A DNA stretch of 64,000 bases from Promethearchaeota archaeon (GTDB taxonomy: Archaea > Asgardarchaeota > Lokiarchaeia > Sigyniarchaeales > SOKP01). A program made the position numbers and the translations under genes. A model generated the notes under the pieces. It did not search any database. It saw nothing but the letters and a program-made list of their open reading frames with translations, and was not told the DNA's origin. Of the stretch, positions 10,297 through 20,974 are shown piece after piece. Location: NCBI GenBank assembly GCA_016840085.1, contig JAEOTA010000004.1, positions 224,001 to 288,000 of the forward strand. Direction: 5' to 3'. Positions within the stretch are counted from its first letter, which is position 1, and every line of letters starts with the position of its first letter.

Positions 10297-11043
10297 ATGT
10301 CGTTTAATTCAGGATTCAAAGTGTATAAAAGGAACAACCATTTCCGACTCATTTCAAGTGGAGATAAGACTTTAGATGAATTACTTTCTGGAGGCTTTCA
10401 TCGTGATCTAGTGTATTTACTCTATGGAGATAAGAAGGTATCCACTAATATTTTAATAACAACTTCTGTTATTGTTCAAAAATCCTTTAGCAATGGAGGG
10501 CTCGGGGATGGTGTTAGAGTTGCCTTCATTGATGCAAATAATCGATTTAACCCTTATAATATAAGTAAATTTGCAGTTTCACAAAATTTATCGCCCACAA
10601 AAGTATTAGAGAATATTCTAATTGCCCGAGCGTTTACTTGGGATCAAATGGTTGAGCTTTTAGAAAACAAACTTTCCAAACTTGAAGATGTTAAAGTAGT
10701 CTTGATTTCTGGAATTACTACCTTGTTTGAAAGCTACGAAAAACAGACCTTTGAAGACCTGCTAAGAGCAATAGATGGAATAAAAAAAATACTTTGGAAA
10801 ACAAACCCACTAATTATTATAACGGCACCTTTAAACGAGTATTCGCTTTTCAGACCTAAAGGTGGAAAAATTCTTTCCCATTTTGGAAGTGTGTTAGTAA
10901 TGATAAAAGATGACGAACGATATATAGAACATACACTTGTTCAGCATCCTTATTTACCTGAAAAGCGATTGTTGAAGTGGAAACCATGTGAACCAAAGAA
11001 GAAGGTTCCTTTAAGAAATATGACACTCGATTTATGGTTTTAA
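10297..11043 (+). CDS. Inactivated RadA/Rad51-like protein (PolB2-associated iRadA type)
   Basis: ISSGDKTLDELLSGG, VAFIDANNRFNP, LENILIARAFT RecA-fold motifs; Walker A degenerate (YGDKKVST). Start placed at the second ATG; the ORF track gives 10231. Confidence 0.85.
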   Translation: MSFNSGFKVYKRNNHFRLISSGDKTLDELLSGGFHRDLVYLLYGDKKVSTNILITTSVIVQKSFSNGGLGDGVRVAFIDANNRFNPYNISKFAVSQNLSPTKVLENILIARAFTWDQMVELLENKLSKLEDVKVVLISGITTLFESYEKQTFEDLLRAIDGIKKILWKTNPLIIITAPLNEYSLFRPKGGKILSHFGSVLVMIKDDERYIEHTLVQHPYLPEKRLLKWKPCEPKKKVPLRNMTLDLWF

Positions 11044-11048
11044 ATTTA

Positions 11049-11471
11049 TCACCAAAAAGCGTTTTCAAATTTTTTTATAGTATCTTGTAGACTATCTTCA
11101 ATATGCTTTTCAAAATCAGTAAAAATACTTATATCATTATCCCAATTTTCAAAAATCTCTTTTGGGTATAAATTAAAGAATCGATTAGCAATATTTCGCA
11201 TCTCTTCTTTAACTTTTTTCTCCTTAGTCTTTTTTGAAGAATTTACAATGAATGATAATCCATGTTGCTTCATAAAAATGTATTTTTTATCTTTTAACTC
11301 AAAACTAGATAATCCTCCTCTTTCTAGCTCTTCTGCTAATAGATTCAATGCAGATATTAATGCCCCAATTAATTGTTCATCTACGCTTTTTTCAAAAACG
11401 CGGTGATATAAGACAGCGCCTGCATCATTTAGTATCCAAATGTCTTGTATTATTTTTTCCACAGAAATCAC
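11049..11471 (-). CDS. Longin-like domain protein (Asgard type)
   Basis: IWILNDAGAVLYHR...DEQLIGALISAL...LSSFEL...FFNLY...WDNDISIFTDF pattern. Confidence 0.7.
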   Translation of the reverse strand: MISVEKIIQDIWILNDAGAVLYHRVFEKSVDEQLIGALISALNLLAEELERGGLSSFELKDKKYIFMKQHGLSFIVNSSKKTKEKKVKEEMRNIANRFFNLYPKEIFENWDNDISIFTDFEKHIEDSLQDTIKKFENAFW

Positions 11472-11561
11472 GGCTTATTATTTTCCAATTAACTTTAATA
11501 TAAATTAAGAAAAAATAAATATAAAAAATTTAATGTTAAGTTTTTAAAAAATTATTATTTA

Positions 11562-12296
11562 TTATTCACTAGATTTTGGTCTAATATATCCGTAATATGC
11601 TCCAAAAATACCTATTATCGCACAAATCCAGGCTAAAAAATAAAACAATGTAAACCCTGGGCTACCTAAAAAGATTAATACCCGATCAATCGCAAAATTG
11701 AGAAATATCAACATAAAACTAATTGACATAATTGCTAATGATAAAAATGCTTGTTTGTAAGTCTTCTCCTCAACAGTTCGATAAGATTCTATTGCTCTTC
11801 GTAGAAAGGGGGCATAAACCATAACCATATATAAAAATACAATTAAAAAGGCAAAAATATCTAGTAATGTGTTATCTGTCTCATAGATGATCAATACATA
11901 AAAACCTGAGAATATTCCATAGATTATCACAGCATATTTTTGTATGGCGGTGTATCCCTTTTCAAAAACGTTTACTTTTAAGATATAGGATAAAAAAATA
12001 GCGATAGTCACGAAGAATTCACTTAATCTAAAATCTAATATTCTATTATATATCCAAACAACTATGGAACCATCTTGTACGACAGTTGATTGTAAAACTA
12101 CAAAAACTTTTGATATCCAAGAAAAAAGAATAGCAATAAAATAGTTTATGAAGATTAATAGAAGCAATCGTGTGAGTTTATGACGCTTAATTAAATACTT
12201 TTTCAATATAAGTATTAGTAAAACTGCAGCGAATATGATTATAAAAAGTTCAAAGATCATACCGATAAAATTTAGAAGTATATTTAATTCAACCAT
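11562..12296 (-). CDS. Hypothetical ~7-TM membrane protein
   Basis: 244-aa ORF with about seven hydrophobic segments. Confidence 0.75.
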   Translation of the reverse strand: MVELNILLNFIGMIFELFIIIFAAVLLILILKKYLIKRHKLTRLLLLIFINYFIAILFSWISKVFVVLQSTVVQDGSIVVWIYNRILDFRLSEFFVTIAIFLSYILKVNVFEKGYTAIQKYAVIIYGIFSGFYVLIIYETDNTLLDIFAFLIVFLYMVMVYAPFLRRAIESYRTVEEKTYKQAFLSLAIMSISFMLIFLNFAIDRVLIFLGSPGFTLFYFLAWICAIIGIFGAYYGYIRPKSSE

Positions 12297-12474
12297 AATA
12301 ATTAACTATTAAAATATAAACATAAAAAATTATATTTTTACAAAATAAATGTGATTTTAATAATCTTAAGATATTTCAACAACTCTCACTTTTTTTGAAT
12401 AAATTTGTAAAAACCATTATAAACCTCCAGATTGAATTTTATATTAAATAATAGTATAATTCATTTGATAAAAA

Positions 12475-14523
12475 ATGCAGAAATATAGGAGTTTTAGTTC
12501 AATTTGTCTTATTGGAATTACATTTTACCTATTTATAGAAAGTTTTTATAATGTCCTAGTAGATATTAATGCTTACATTTTCTTGAATTTTTCAGAGATC
12601 CTTACTGTATTGCCTGCGCTGATAATTGTGGTATTCCTTATAATCTTTGAATATGTCTTCTTTATGTCAGGAAAGATAGAAAAGAAGTATAAACCATATA
12701 TTTGTCTTTATCTCATTGCTGGAATTCGAATAAGTACTCAGTTTATTCTTACTCCCGGTGTAATTCTTGTACTTAATTTAATAATGCTTTTTACGATCTT
12801 GATTTTCTTCATGGGTTTTGTTTTCTTAATGGAAGTGAGTGATTCTTATATAAGTATTTCACATTTTTTAGGAAGCGTAATAATTGGATTGGGGATTCAA
12901 TTTATCTTTTTAACTATAAATATTTCATCAAGTCTTACATCAGATATTAGCAAAATCATTCCCACAGTTGTTATTGTAGCAATACTAATTGTCCTCAACA
13001 GTTATCTTTTTTACCCTGATAAGTTTAAGAAAGTAATCTATGATATTGATGAAAAAATTAAAAATTCAAATAAAACTAGCATCTCATTATTTCACTTTGT
13101 AATCTTAGGAGTTCTTTTTATCTTTTCAATAATGTGGATCTTTAATCCAATGGCACTTTCAGCATATGATATAATTAATCTGAGCATAAATGACTTAATT
13201 TCAAATTCTTTGAATATTTGGCCTAGTTATGGATTCACCTATTATATTTTATTGATACTTCTTGCTGCAATACTGAGTTATGTAATTATCATTAAATATT
13301 TATTTTCGTTAAGTCAAAAGATACTAAAGAAGATCGTTATCTCTTCTATTGGAATTACTTGTATCTTAACAATATTTGCACTTTTCATAATTGAAAATGA
13401 TTTTACCTTAATTTCTTCGATTTACATTTCATTCATGACGGTAATTGGGGTTTTTTCCATTCTATTATATATATCGTATTTATTCAATTTTTATACTTTT
13501 GATTCTCCTAAAAAACTGTTGATTGGGATTATAATCTTTTTTCTTACAAACATGTTTTTTATCATTCTCCATGTTGAGATTCTATGGTATGAATATATGT
13601 CATTAATAACACATCTAATAATTCAAATAGTTACTGGTATGGTTTTAGTTTTAATTTATGAATTAAAAACTATAAAATTAACATTTTCTCCAAAAGAACG
13701 CACATTAAATTTGAGTAAACCCATTGGAATATTGTTTATATGTGTTGTTATAATCTATGGTATTGCTATTGGCGTTGTAATTCAAGATCGTAAATCTGCA
13801 CCTGTTCAAAATCCAAATCCTAAATTCATGATGTGGAATATTCATACCGCTATCGGAGATGATGACATTTTTCATACTAATCGTCTTATACAAGATATCA
13901 AGGAAAATGATCCCGACATAGTAGGACTAAATGAAGTTGACTTGGGGGCAATGAAAACTTCATTTGTAGATTTACCATCATTTATAGCCCATAAACTTAA
14001 TATGTATTACTTTTTTGGATTTACGTTTTATAAACATTATGGAGATGTTATTTTGAGCAAGTATCCCATATTAGAAGCAGAAATCATTCCTTTACCTCTA
14101 GCTATTCCATCTGAAAGACCAAGATCTTTAATAAGAGCCGAAGTCCAAATAAATTCATCAATTTGGGTCATATTTGTAACTCATTTGTCAACAAACTCAG
14201 AAGACAGATTAGTACAAGTACCTTTTATTGTTAATGAAATTGAAAAAGAAATACCTTGTGAGAGAATAATATGGATGGGTGATTTTAATCATGAACCAGA
14301 TTCTACAGAATATTCATTAATCAACAGTACCTCGACTCTGAACTTTACTGATACTTATAGATTACTAAATTCTGATCCTGGTTATACAGGTGATTTTGAT
14401 GATGCTCATAATCCCCATAAAAGGATTGATTATATAATGTGTTCTCCAGACTTAATACCAAAAATTAGTACTGTCTATTGCTCAATTAGTTCCGATCACT
14501 GTGCTATAATAACACAATTTTAA
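12475..14523 (+). CDS. Multi-TM protein with C-terminal endonuclease/exonuclease/phosphatase (EEP) domain
   Basis: About 12-13 TM segments, then WNIH, PDIVGLNEV, LSKYPI, THL, MGDFN, RIDYI, SDH. Confidence 0.88.
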   Translation: MQKYRSFSSICLIGITFYLFIESFYNVLVDINAYIFLNFSEILTVLPALIIVVFLIIFEYVFFMSGKIEKKYKPYICLYLIAGIRISTQFILTPGVILVLNLIMLFTILIFFMGFVFLMEVSDSYISISHFLGSVIIGLGIQFIFLTINISSSLTSDISKIIPTVVIVAILIVLNSYLFYPDKFKKVIYDIDEKIKNSNKTSISLFHFVILGVLFIFSIMWIFNPMALSAYDIINLSINDLISNSLNIWPSYGFTYYILLILLAAILSYVIIIKYLFSLSQKILKKIVISSIGITCILTIFALFIIENDFTLISSIYISFMTVIGVFSILLYISYLFNFYTFDSPKKLLIGIIIFFLTNMFFIILHVEILWYEYMSLITHLIIQIVTGMVLVLIYELKTIKLTFSPKERTLNLSKPIGILFICVVIIYGIAIGVVIQDRKSAPVQNPNPKFMMWNIHTAIGDDDIFHTNRLIQDIKENDPDIVGLNEVDLGAMKTSFVDLPSFIAHKLNMYYFFGFTFYKHYGDVILSKYPILEAEIIPLPLAIPSERPRSLIRAEVQINSSIWVIFVTHLSTNSEDRLVQVPFIVNEIEKEIPCERIIWMGDFNHEPDSTEYSLINSTSTLNFTDTYRLLNSDPGYTGDFDDAHNPHKRIDYIMCSPDLIPKISTVYCSISSDHCAIITQF

Positions 14524-14548
14524 ATTTGAGTTTTTAAAAATAATACGT

Positions 14549-14965
14549 TTAATCTTTTTCCTTTTTTTTATACATATTCGGATCTTTTTCTTCCAAAGTT
14601 AATTTATCTCCACCATATTGAATTTTGCGACCTTTATAGTAAAGAGTAGTTTTTTCATCACAGATTTTGTTCCATTCCTCTAATCCTAATTTTTGTATCA
14701 TGATTGAATTATACACTTTAGAATTATGTGGGGTAAAAATTTCAAAATTTACAATAGGTTGTAACATTTCACAGGGAAAATCAGCACACTCATAACAAAA
14801 ATCATGCCCCTTGCTAGTGACACATTCATAAGTCTTACATACGGGAAATTTGAGGATCTGTCCTTTCTGTTCACGACACCCTTTACATCCAGAAGCTTTT
14901 ACACCTGGACATCTAGCACAATATATTCCGCATGGTGCATGCATTTTATTTAAATCTTCAGCCAT
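14549..14965 (-). CDS. DUF3795-like Cys-rich protein
   Basis: APCGIYCARC...CKGCR...C...C...FCYECADFPC. Confidence 0.8.
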   Translation of the reverse strand: MAEDLNKMHAPCGIYCARCPGVKASGCKGCREQKGQILKFPVCKTYECVTSKGHDFCYECADFPCEMLQPIVNFEIFTPHNSKVYNSIMIQKLGLEEWNKICDEKTTLYYKGRKIQYGGDKLTLEEKDPNMYKKKEKD

Positions 14966-15195
14966 AATTCTTACATCATCTTTTTATTGTTAGTATTAAA
15001 AAAATTTAGTACTATTTAATTTTTCTTTTAGTGTTGAATAAAGCTCACTCTTCATAATTTGTTTATAAATCTCAAACTTCATAAAAACACTTAAATAGGT
15101 GGAAGACTCTTAGATTATTGGATTCTAGAAATTTCAAACTTCATGAAAAACAAAAAAAATTATTTATCCTGAGTTTAAGAGAGGTGATTTAAAAG

Positions 15196-15351
15196 ATAAC
15201 CTATTTTGTCTATCCAAAAGGAGATGTGAAAATATGTAAGTTATGTAAGGGGAATGGAAGTATTTGGGTTTATAGAAGTGATTTAGAAGATTTTGATGAA
15301 ATATTATGCCCTGAATGTAAAGGTAAGAAAATACAAATGAAAGAGAATTAA
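15196..15351 (+). CDS. Small CxxCxGxG zinc-finger protein (unannotated)
   Basis: ITYFVYPKGDVKICKLCKGNGSIWVYRSDLEDFDEILCPECKGKKIQMKEN*. GAGGTGA at 15181-15187 precedes ATA; alternative GTG start at 15226. Confidence 0.7.
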   Translation: MTYFVYPKGDVKICKLCKGNGSIWVYRSDLEDFDEILCPECKGKKIQMKEN

Positions 15352-15370
15352 AGATGAGAGTCCTAAATTT

Positions 15371-17959
15371 TTATTCTAAAATATCGAATCTGTTAAAAAG
15401 TTTATACACTAACTTTAACCTCCAGAACTTTTTTTTAGCTCTCCTACTAGCAATTGTATTTATGAAAGCTATTCCATCATCTCCTTTTGAATGTAAAGAA
15501 TTTTTAAAATCAGGATAAGATAAACCACCAATAGCTTTTGGAGGTCTGCCAAAACTTTTCACTTCTTTCCAATCTTTATTTAATTCTCTTGTAGCTCTCC
15601 ATGTTTTATCTGTTTTAATTTTTATTTGTTCCTCTGTAGTTAAATTAATTTCACCATAAACATTTATTGGGCAGAAACCACCGATGAAATCTATATTTTC
15701 AATCATTATTAGATTTTCACCTTGTTTTAGATACTCTTTCATATCAAAAATTTTAATATTATTTTCTAGAACAACAAAATTAAGGGAGTGTCGAGTAATA
15801 ATATGGCCTACCTCTGAATCATTTATAAAAATTTTAGCAAAGGTTCCAGCAATAACTTGTAAATATGCTTGTTCTATTTTTCCAACAATATTTATTACTT
15901 TCTTATAAAATGTTGTATGAACTCTGTGTAATCCTTCACTATCTAAATAAATTAGTTCACTAGGGATGTTAGGATTTTCCCATCTAACGTTTCTTTCTAA
16001 TTGGTCAATTTTGTCATTATAAAATTTTATTAACCATAAATAACGTTTTTTTATCGATTCAAAACCTTCTTTTCTAGCACATTTCATCCATAGATATTCA
16101 TATTCATCAATTATATGGTTCAATTCATCTTTTAGTTCTTGGATCTCTTTAATTTTTTGGTTCTTATAATTCTCTTTAATAGGAAAGTAACCAATTAAAG
16201 ATTTTGAATTTATTCTTTTTTTACAATAAAACTTAATATGTTTTGCGACAAAAGCAAGGTTAGAAATGTTTATTTTATTTTTAGGAACAATTTTTTCTAA
16301 CTCATCGCAATTCTTAATTATTTCATTCAATTCTTCTATTAATTTTTTAAATCCGGAAATCTTAATATTTTTTTTATATCTCCGAGATTTTTTTGCATAA
16401 GGATGTGCAAAAAAATGATTGTAATATGCTGTTGGGCTAATATGTAATTTTCGTTCATCTTGGAGTGAGCGAATTGAACTAAAAATTTGTATTAATTTAC
16501 TATCTATTATTCCAAAAAAATGAATAAATAAACATTTCCAAAAATATATGATATTTAATTCTTTTAAAGGATTCCATCCGACTACCGCAGAAAATATAAA
16601 ACCATAAAATCTATTTTCTCTAATTTCTTTGTTTTGATAATCCCCCCAACTTGAGGTTACTTCCCCAATTACTCCCTTCTCATACCCAAACTTGAGTAAT
16701 TTTATAATATTTTTTTCATATTTATCAATCGAAGGAAAAATTCGATTGAAATCCATTATCGAAGGGCTAACTATTACAGGATAATCATAATCTCTTATTT
16801 CATTTAAAATTGGATGACTTGCTTTAGTGTTATATTTCCAATACATTATTATCATATCCTTGGGTAAACCTTCAAGAATCTCTCTATATTTATATAGAAT
16901 ATCATGATAAATAATGACTTTTTTATACCCATATTTTTTAGCAATATCATACACCTTCTTATAATGATTTAGATAAGTTCTTCCAATACCAACATCTTCA
17001 ACATGCTTCTTTGAAGCTACTTTTCCAACATCCCAACTCTCATCAGCACCGATGTGAAAATACTCCGATTTAAAAGCCTTACTTAAATCACCAATCATAT
17101 CATCCAAGAGCTCATAAATTTTTTCATTAGTGATATTTAAACTATTGGAACCAGGAAATTCACCATATTTCCAATAATCAGGACGGTGTAAAATATTATC
17201 CCAATGACCTACAGTTTGAAAAATTGGTATAATTTCAATAAAGAATTTTTTTGCATAGTTTTGCAATTCTATTATATCTTCTTTTGAATAAGCCCCTCTA
17301 TTTTTTCTAATTTCAGGATGATTAGTAAACTTAAACATATCTTGCATATAAACTAGATAATATTGATTTATCTTGTAATGGCTCAGTTCTTTAATAAATT
17401 TCTTTAAGCTTTTAATGGTAGGTGCTTGTCCTCGTGATATATCATCTGAAATACCCCTAATTTCTAAGGCAGGAAAATCTATTACCTTTAATTCGCTTAA
17501 TGATAATTTTTTCTGACTTGAGTTCAGTAATTGGAGTAAAGTTTGAATTCCGTAAAATAAACCTTGAGGAGTAGATGCTTCTATTAAAACACTAGATTCT
17601 TCAGAAACTAAGATATATCCTTGTTCAATAAAATTTTTTTCGTTTTTAATCGAATTATAAAGATCTTCCGGAATTATATGTCTTATCGCTTCTAAATTTG
17701 ATTCAATAGCTGGAAAATCATTAATCTCCTGAACTTTATGAACTTCTAAATTCATTTTCAATCCAAAAAATTCTAATCTTTCTTGAAGCTGTTCAATTAT
17801 AAATAAATGTTCTTCTTCTAAGTTGGTAAATAATTTTGTCTCTTCAGTAATTTTCAATTTTTTCAAATTTTTCAATTTGAAGTAGCGAGGTTCTGGAATT
17901 AAAAATGTTTGTTGTTCCTTATCTTCGGAACTAATTAATTTATCCAAAAAAATGAACAT
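15371..17959 (-). CDS. GH20-type beta-N-acetylhexosaminidase
   Basis: [40 protein letters not shown] catalytic motif. Start uncertain (ORF track gives 18040). Confidence 0.88.
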   Translation of the reverse strand: MFIFLDKLISSEDKEQQTFLIPEPRYFKLKNLKKLKITEETKLFTNLEEEHLFIIEQLQERLEFFGLKMNLEVHKVQEINDFPAIESNLEAIRHIIPEDLYNSIKNEKNFIEQGYILVSEESSVLIEASTPQGLFYGIQTLLQLLNSSQKKLSLSELKVIDFPALEIRGISDDISRGQAPTIKSLKKFIKELSHYKINQYYLVYMQDMFKFTNHPEIRKNRGAYSKEDIIELQNYAKKFFIEIIPIFQTVGHWDNILHRPDYWKYGEFPGSNSLNITNEKIYELLDDMIGDLSKAFKSEYFHIGADESWDVGKVASKKHVEDVGIGRTYLNHYKKVYDIAKKYGYKKVIIYHDILYKYREILEGLPKDMIIMYWKYNTKASHPILNEIRDYDYPVIVSPSIMDFNRIFPSIDKYEKNIIKLLKFGYEKGVIGEVTSSWGDYQNKEIRENRFYGFIFSAVVGWNPLKELNIIYFWKCLFIHFFGIIDSKLIQIFSSIRSLQDERKLHISPTAYYNHFFAHPYAKKSRRYKKNIKISGFKKLIEELNEIIKNCDELEKIVPKNKINISNLAFVAKHIKFYCKKRINSKSLIGYFPIKENYKNQKIKEIQELKDELNHIIDEYEYLWMKCARKEGFESIKKRYLWLIKFYNDKIDQLERNVRWENPNIPSELIYLDSEGLHRVHTTFYKKVINIVGKIEQAYLQVIAGTFAKIFINDSEVGHIITRHSLNFVVLENNIKIFDMKEYLKQGENLIMIENIDFIGGFCPINVYGEINLTTEEQIKIKTDKTWRATRELNKDWKEVKSFGRPPKAIGGLSYPDFKNSLHSKGDDGIAFINTIASRRAKKKFWRLKLVYKLFNRFDILE

Positions 17960-18138
17960 AATATTATTTAAACTAAAGGAAATTAAAAAATTTAGCAAAA
18001 TAGGTATATAATATTCTATATCGCTTACAGACATTAACATGCATTTTTCGAAAACGTGAATTTCAAAACAAAAATCGAAAAATTGTCAATGTATTTTTTT
18101 TTAAATCTCTTAAAAAATTACTTCTTGTGGTTATTATT

Positions 18139-18405
18139 ATGGGTAGGACTGTTCCTTCTTTTAGACCTGCATTGGAACACGAAATCGAAAGTTGGAAAGA
18201 TTTTAAAAGAGCACTTCGCCCTGAAGAACAGAAAGTCTTTGATAGACTGATGAATTTTGCACGAATTCATGCCGATGCTGGGAGTTTGAGCGCTCGCCCT
18301 ATGCTTTCCGAAATTCTTTTTATCTCTTTTGCGATTGAGCAGGAAAAGAAGATTATAATATTGGAGAAAAAAGTAAACGAATTAGAAGAAAAGATTAAAG
18401 GATAA
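18139..18405 (+). CDS. Small helical PolB2-associated protein (arCOG07300-like)
   Basis: MGRTVPSFR....E...W..FKRALRPEEQ..FD.L motif, immediately upstream of PolB2. Confidence 0.85.
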   Translation: MGRTVPSFRPALEHEIESWKDFKRALRPEEQKVFDRLMNFARIHADAGSLSARPMLSEILFISFAIEQEKKIIILEKKVNELEEKIKG

Positions 18406-18412
18406 GATTAAA

Positions 18413-20818
18413 TTGGATTGTCAGGAGCAATTTGATGGTTGGCTTTTAGATGTTTCTACTTGTAGTAGCGGAGTTATTCTTTGGGTGAAAACAATAAAAG
18501 AGCAAAAAGTTATAAACATCTTTCACGAATTTGCTCCCGAATTCTTTGCAACACCACGAAAACATACTGGCAAGGACTTTAAGAGATTTAAGCAAATTCT
18601 CAAGTCCCATCAAAATGTAAAAGATGTGAGAATATGTGAAAAGTATGTAAAGCTCGAGGATCATAACAAAACAAAAATATTTGGGGTTTCTGTTGTAAAA
18701 CCTTCTGTATTTAAAAAAACAATTAAACAAATTGATGAAATTGGGCTCTTTACATTGTATAACACAGATCTTCCAATCTCTCAGATGTATTTCTATGTAA
18801 ATGACTTATTTCCAATGTCTTCTTGTAGTTTCAAGGTAAAAACTGAGAAAAGGAAGAATAGTAATGAAGAATTGATGCGATTAATCTCTTTGGAATTAAA
18901 AGATGACAATGAAGAATTATTCTACGACTTACCTCCTTTAAAGGCTGTGTGGTTAGATATCAAAATACGACAGCAGGGAATACGTCCTTATTTTAATGAT
19001 ACTCTTGAATATGCCGAAGTTAGTATCATCGAAAATGATGAAAATAATGTGCCACGAGCTGATGGATACAAAAAGCAAAAAATCCTAATTGACGAGGCAG
19101 ATGAAGCAGAAACTTTGAGAAAAATTAGTAAGGTTATTGAACGGCTTGACCCCGATATTATACTTACTCATAATGGAGATGAGTTTTTATTTCCATATCT
19201 GGCTGCCCGAGCCTCTGTGAATCGTGTTTCAAAGGATCTTTTTTTTTCAAGGAATAGAACATCACTTAGAAACTGCATTTTTAACCTTTCGGGAAGTTCT
19301 GACCATTATATGTCATATGGGATAATCTTCCGACGCTCAAAAACTCAGGTTTACTTTACTGGACGATTCCATCTAGACACTGCAACTTATGCAAGTTTAC
19401 ACTTCAGTGACGGGAATATCCCTGGTGTGATCGAAGTTGCCCGTATTTCGCGGATACCAATGCAAAGATTATGTAGAGTTACAATCGGGGGTGCTTTACA
19501 ATCCATTCAGTTTTACAATGCTTACAAACTTGATCACCTCGTTCCTCCTTTCAAAAAAAGTCCTGAAGGATTTAGAAACGGTATGGAGTTAATAAGAGGC
19601 GATCGAGGAGGGCATATCTTTGAGCCAATAATTGGGGTATTTGATCAAGTAGTAGAGCTTGACTTTTCTTCAATGTATCCTTCACTGATGGCGAAATTCA
19701 ATATCTCTTCTGAAACAATTAACTGTAAATGCTGTAAAGATGATGGAACTGGAATTAAGGTACCTGGGCTTAATTTCCATATTTGCAGCAAGAGACAAGG
19801 CATTATTTCAAAATCGATTAGTCTGCCCTTAGAAAAACGATTAGAGTATAAAGAATACAACAAAACTCATGATGATCTTCGGTACAAGTTCACAGATATC
19901 GCACTAAAATGGGTACTCGTTGTGAGTTTTGGATATTTAGGATTTAAAAACGCCCGTTTTGGAAAGATAGAAGCACATCAAACGGTCTGTGCGTTTGCTC
20001 GAGAATTCCTGATGCGTGCTGCAGAAATTGCCGAACAGCATGAGTGTCAAATAATTCATGGAATTGTGGATTCAATATGGCTCAAGGACACGAAAAATCG
20101 AGCTCCAAAAGAGTTCGACGAAATAACAAAAAAAATTGCGAGCGAAATCACTGAACATACCAGTATTCCCATGAACTGGGAAGGAAGATACAATGTAATC
20201 GTCTTTCTTCCCTCTAGGGCTGAACCAGATGTTCCTGCTCTCAGTCACTATTGGGGTATCAAAAGTAATGGGGAAATAAAAGTAAGAGGGATTGAAGTCC
20301 GGCGCAGAGATATGCCAAAAATTGTAAAAGATGCTCAGTATGCCTTTATTGACATATTTCAAGGAGCAGAAACTGTTGAAGAGTTCATGGAAAGAGTACC
20401 AGACGCTAAGAAAAAGCTCTATGAATATGTAGAAAGAGTCTATTCCGGAAAGGTATCAAGAGAGGAACTTACAATTCGTCAAAGAATATCTCGCAGACCA
20501 AATCAATATAAAGTTAATAGTTACCAGGCAGTCGCTGCTAGACAATTAGAACGGTCAGGGGTAGTAGCTTCGGCCGGAAAGAATGTGAGGTATATTATTC
20601 TTAACGCTGATGCCAATCCTGACTTTCCTGAAAAGAAGGTTATTCTTTCAGATTTATTTGATGCTAAGAAACATGAATATGACAGAAGAAAATATGTTGA
20701 ACTGCTAAAAAGAGCTTTTGAAAATATTTTCCCTTTTGAGTTCCCTGAACTTGAGGAATTATTGACTTCAGATTATAATAAAAAATCTATTCAAAAAGAT
20801 TTGTCATGCTTTATTTGA
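18413..20818 (+). CDS. polB2: DNA polymerase PolB2 (divergent B family)
   Basis: Motif A DFSSMYPS, motif B KWVLVVSFGYLG, motif C HGIVDS, VRGIEVRRRD; exonuclease motifs degenerate; C-terminal QKDLSCFI. Confidence 0.92.
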   Translation: MDCQEQFDGWLLDVSTCSSGVILWVKTIKEQKVINIFHEFAPEFFATPRKHTGKDFKRFKQILKSHQNVKDVRICEKYVKLEDHNKTKIFGVSVVKPSVFKKTIKQIDEIGLFTLYNTDLPISQMYFYVNDLFPMSSCSFKVKTEKRKNSNEELMRLISLELKDDNEELFYDLPPLKAVWLDIKIRQQGIRPYFNDTLEYAEVSIIENDENNVPRADGYKKQKILIDEADEAETLRKISKVIERLDPDIILTHNGDEFLFPYLAARASVNRVSKDLFFSRNRTSLRNCIFNLSGSSDHYMSYGIIFRRSKTQVYFTGRFHLDTATYASLHFSDGNIPGVIEVARISRIPMQRLCRVTIGGALQSIQFYNAYKLDHLVPPFKKSPEGFRNGMELIRGDRGGHIFEPIIGVFDQVVELDFSSMYPSLMAKFNISSETINCKCCKDDGTGIKVPGLNFHICSKRQGIISKSISLPLEKRLEYKEYNKTHDDLRYKFTDIALKWVLVVSFGYLGFKNARFGKIEAHQTVCAFAREFLMRAAEIAEQHECQIIHGIVDSIWLKDTKNRAPKEFDEITKKIASEITEHTSIPMNWEGRYNVIVFLPSRAEPDVPALSHYWGIKSNGEIKVRGIEVRRRDMPKIVKDAQYAFIDIFQGAETVEEFMERVPDAKKKLYEYVERVYSGKVSREELTIRQRISRRPNQYKVNSYQAVAARQLERSGVVASAGKNVRYIILNADANPDFPEKKVILSDLFDAKKHEYDRRKYVELLKRAFENIFPFEFPELEELLTSDYNKKSIQKDLSCFI

Positions 20819-20974
20819 TTTAAACAAAAAAAATGTTTAAGGAATTGTAAAAATCTCAAAAAAGTCAAATATAATTATCTATACTGTGAGAAAGATTATA
20901 TGATTTGGTTTATTCAAATTATTTATAGAAAATTTAGCAAATTGGTATTGAATCTACAAGTAAATTGATGAAAA

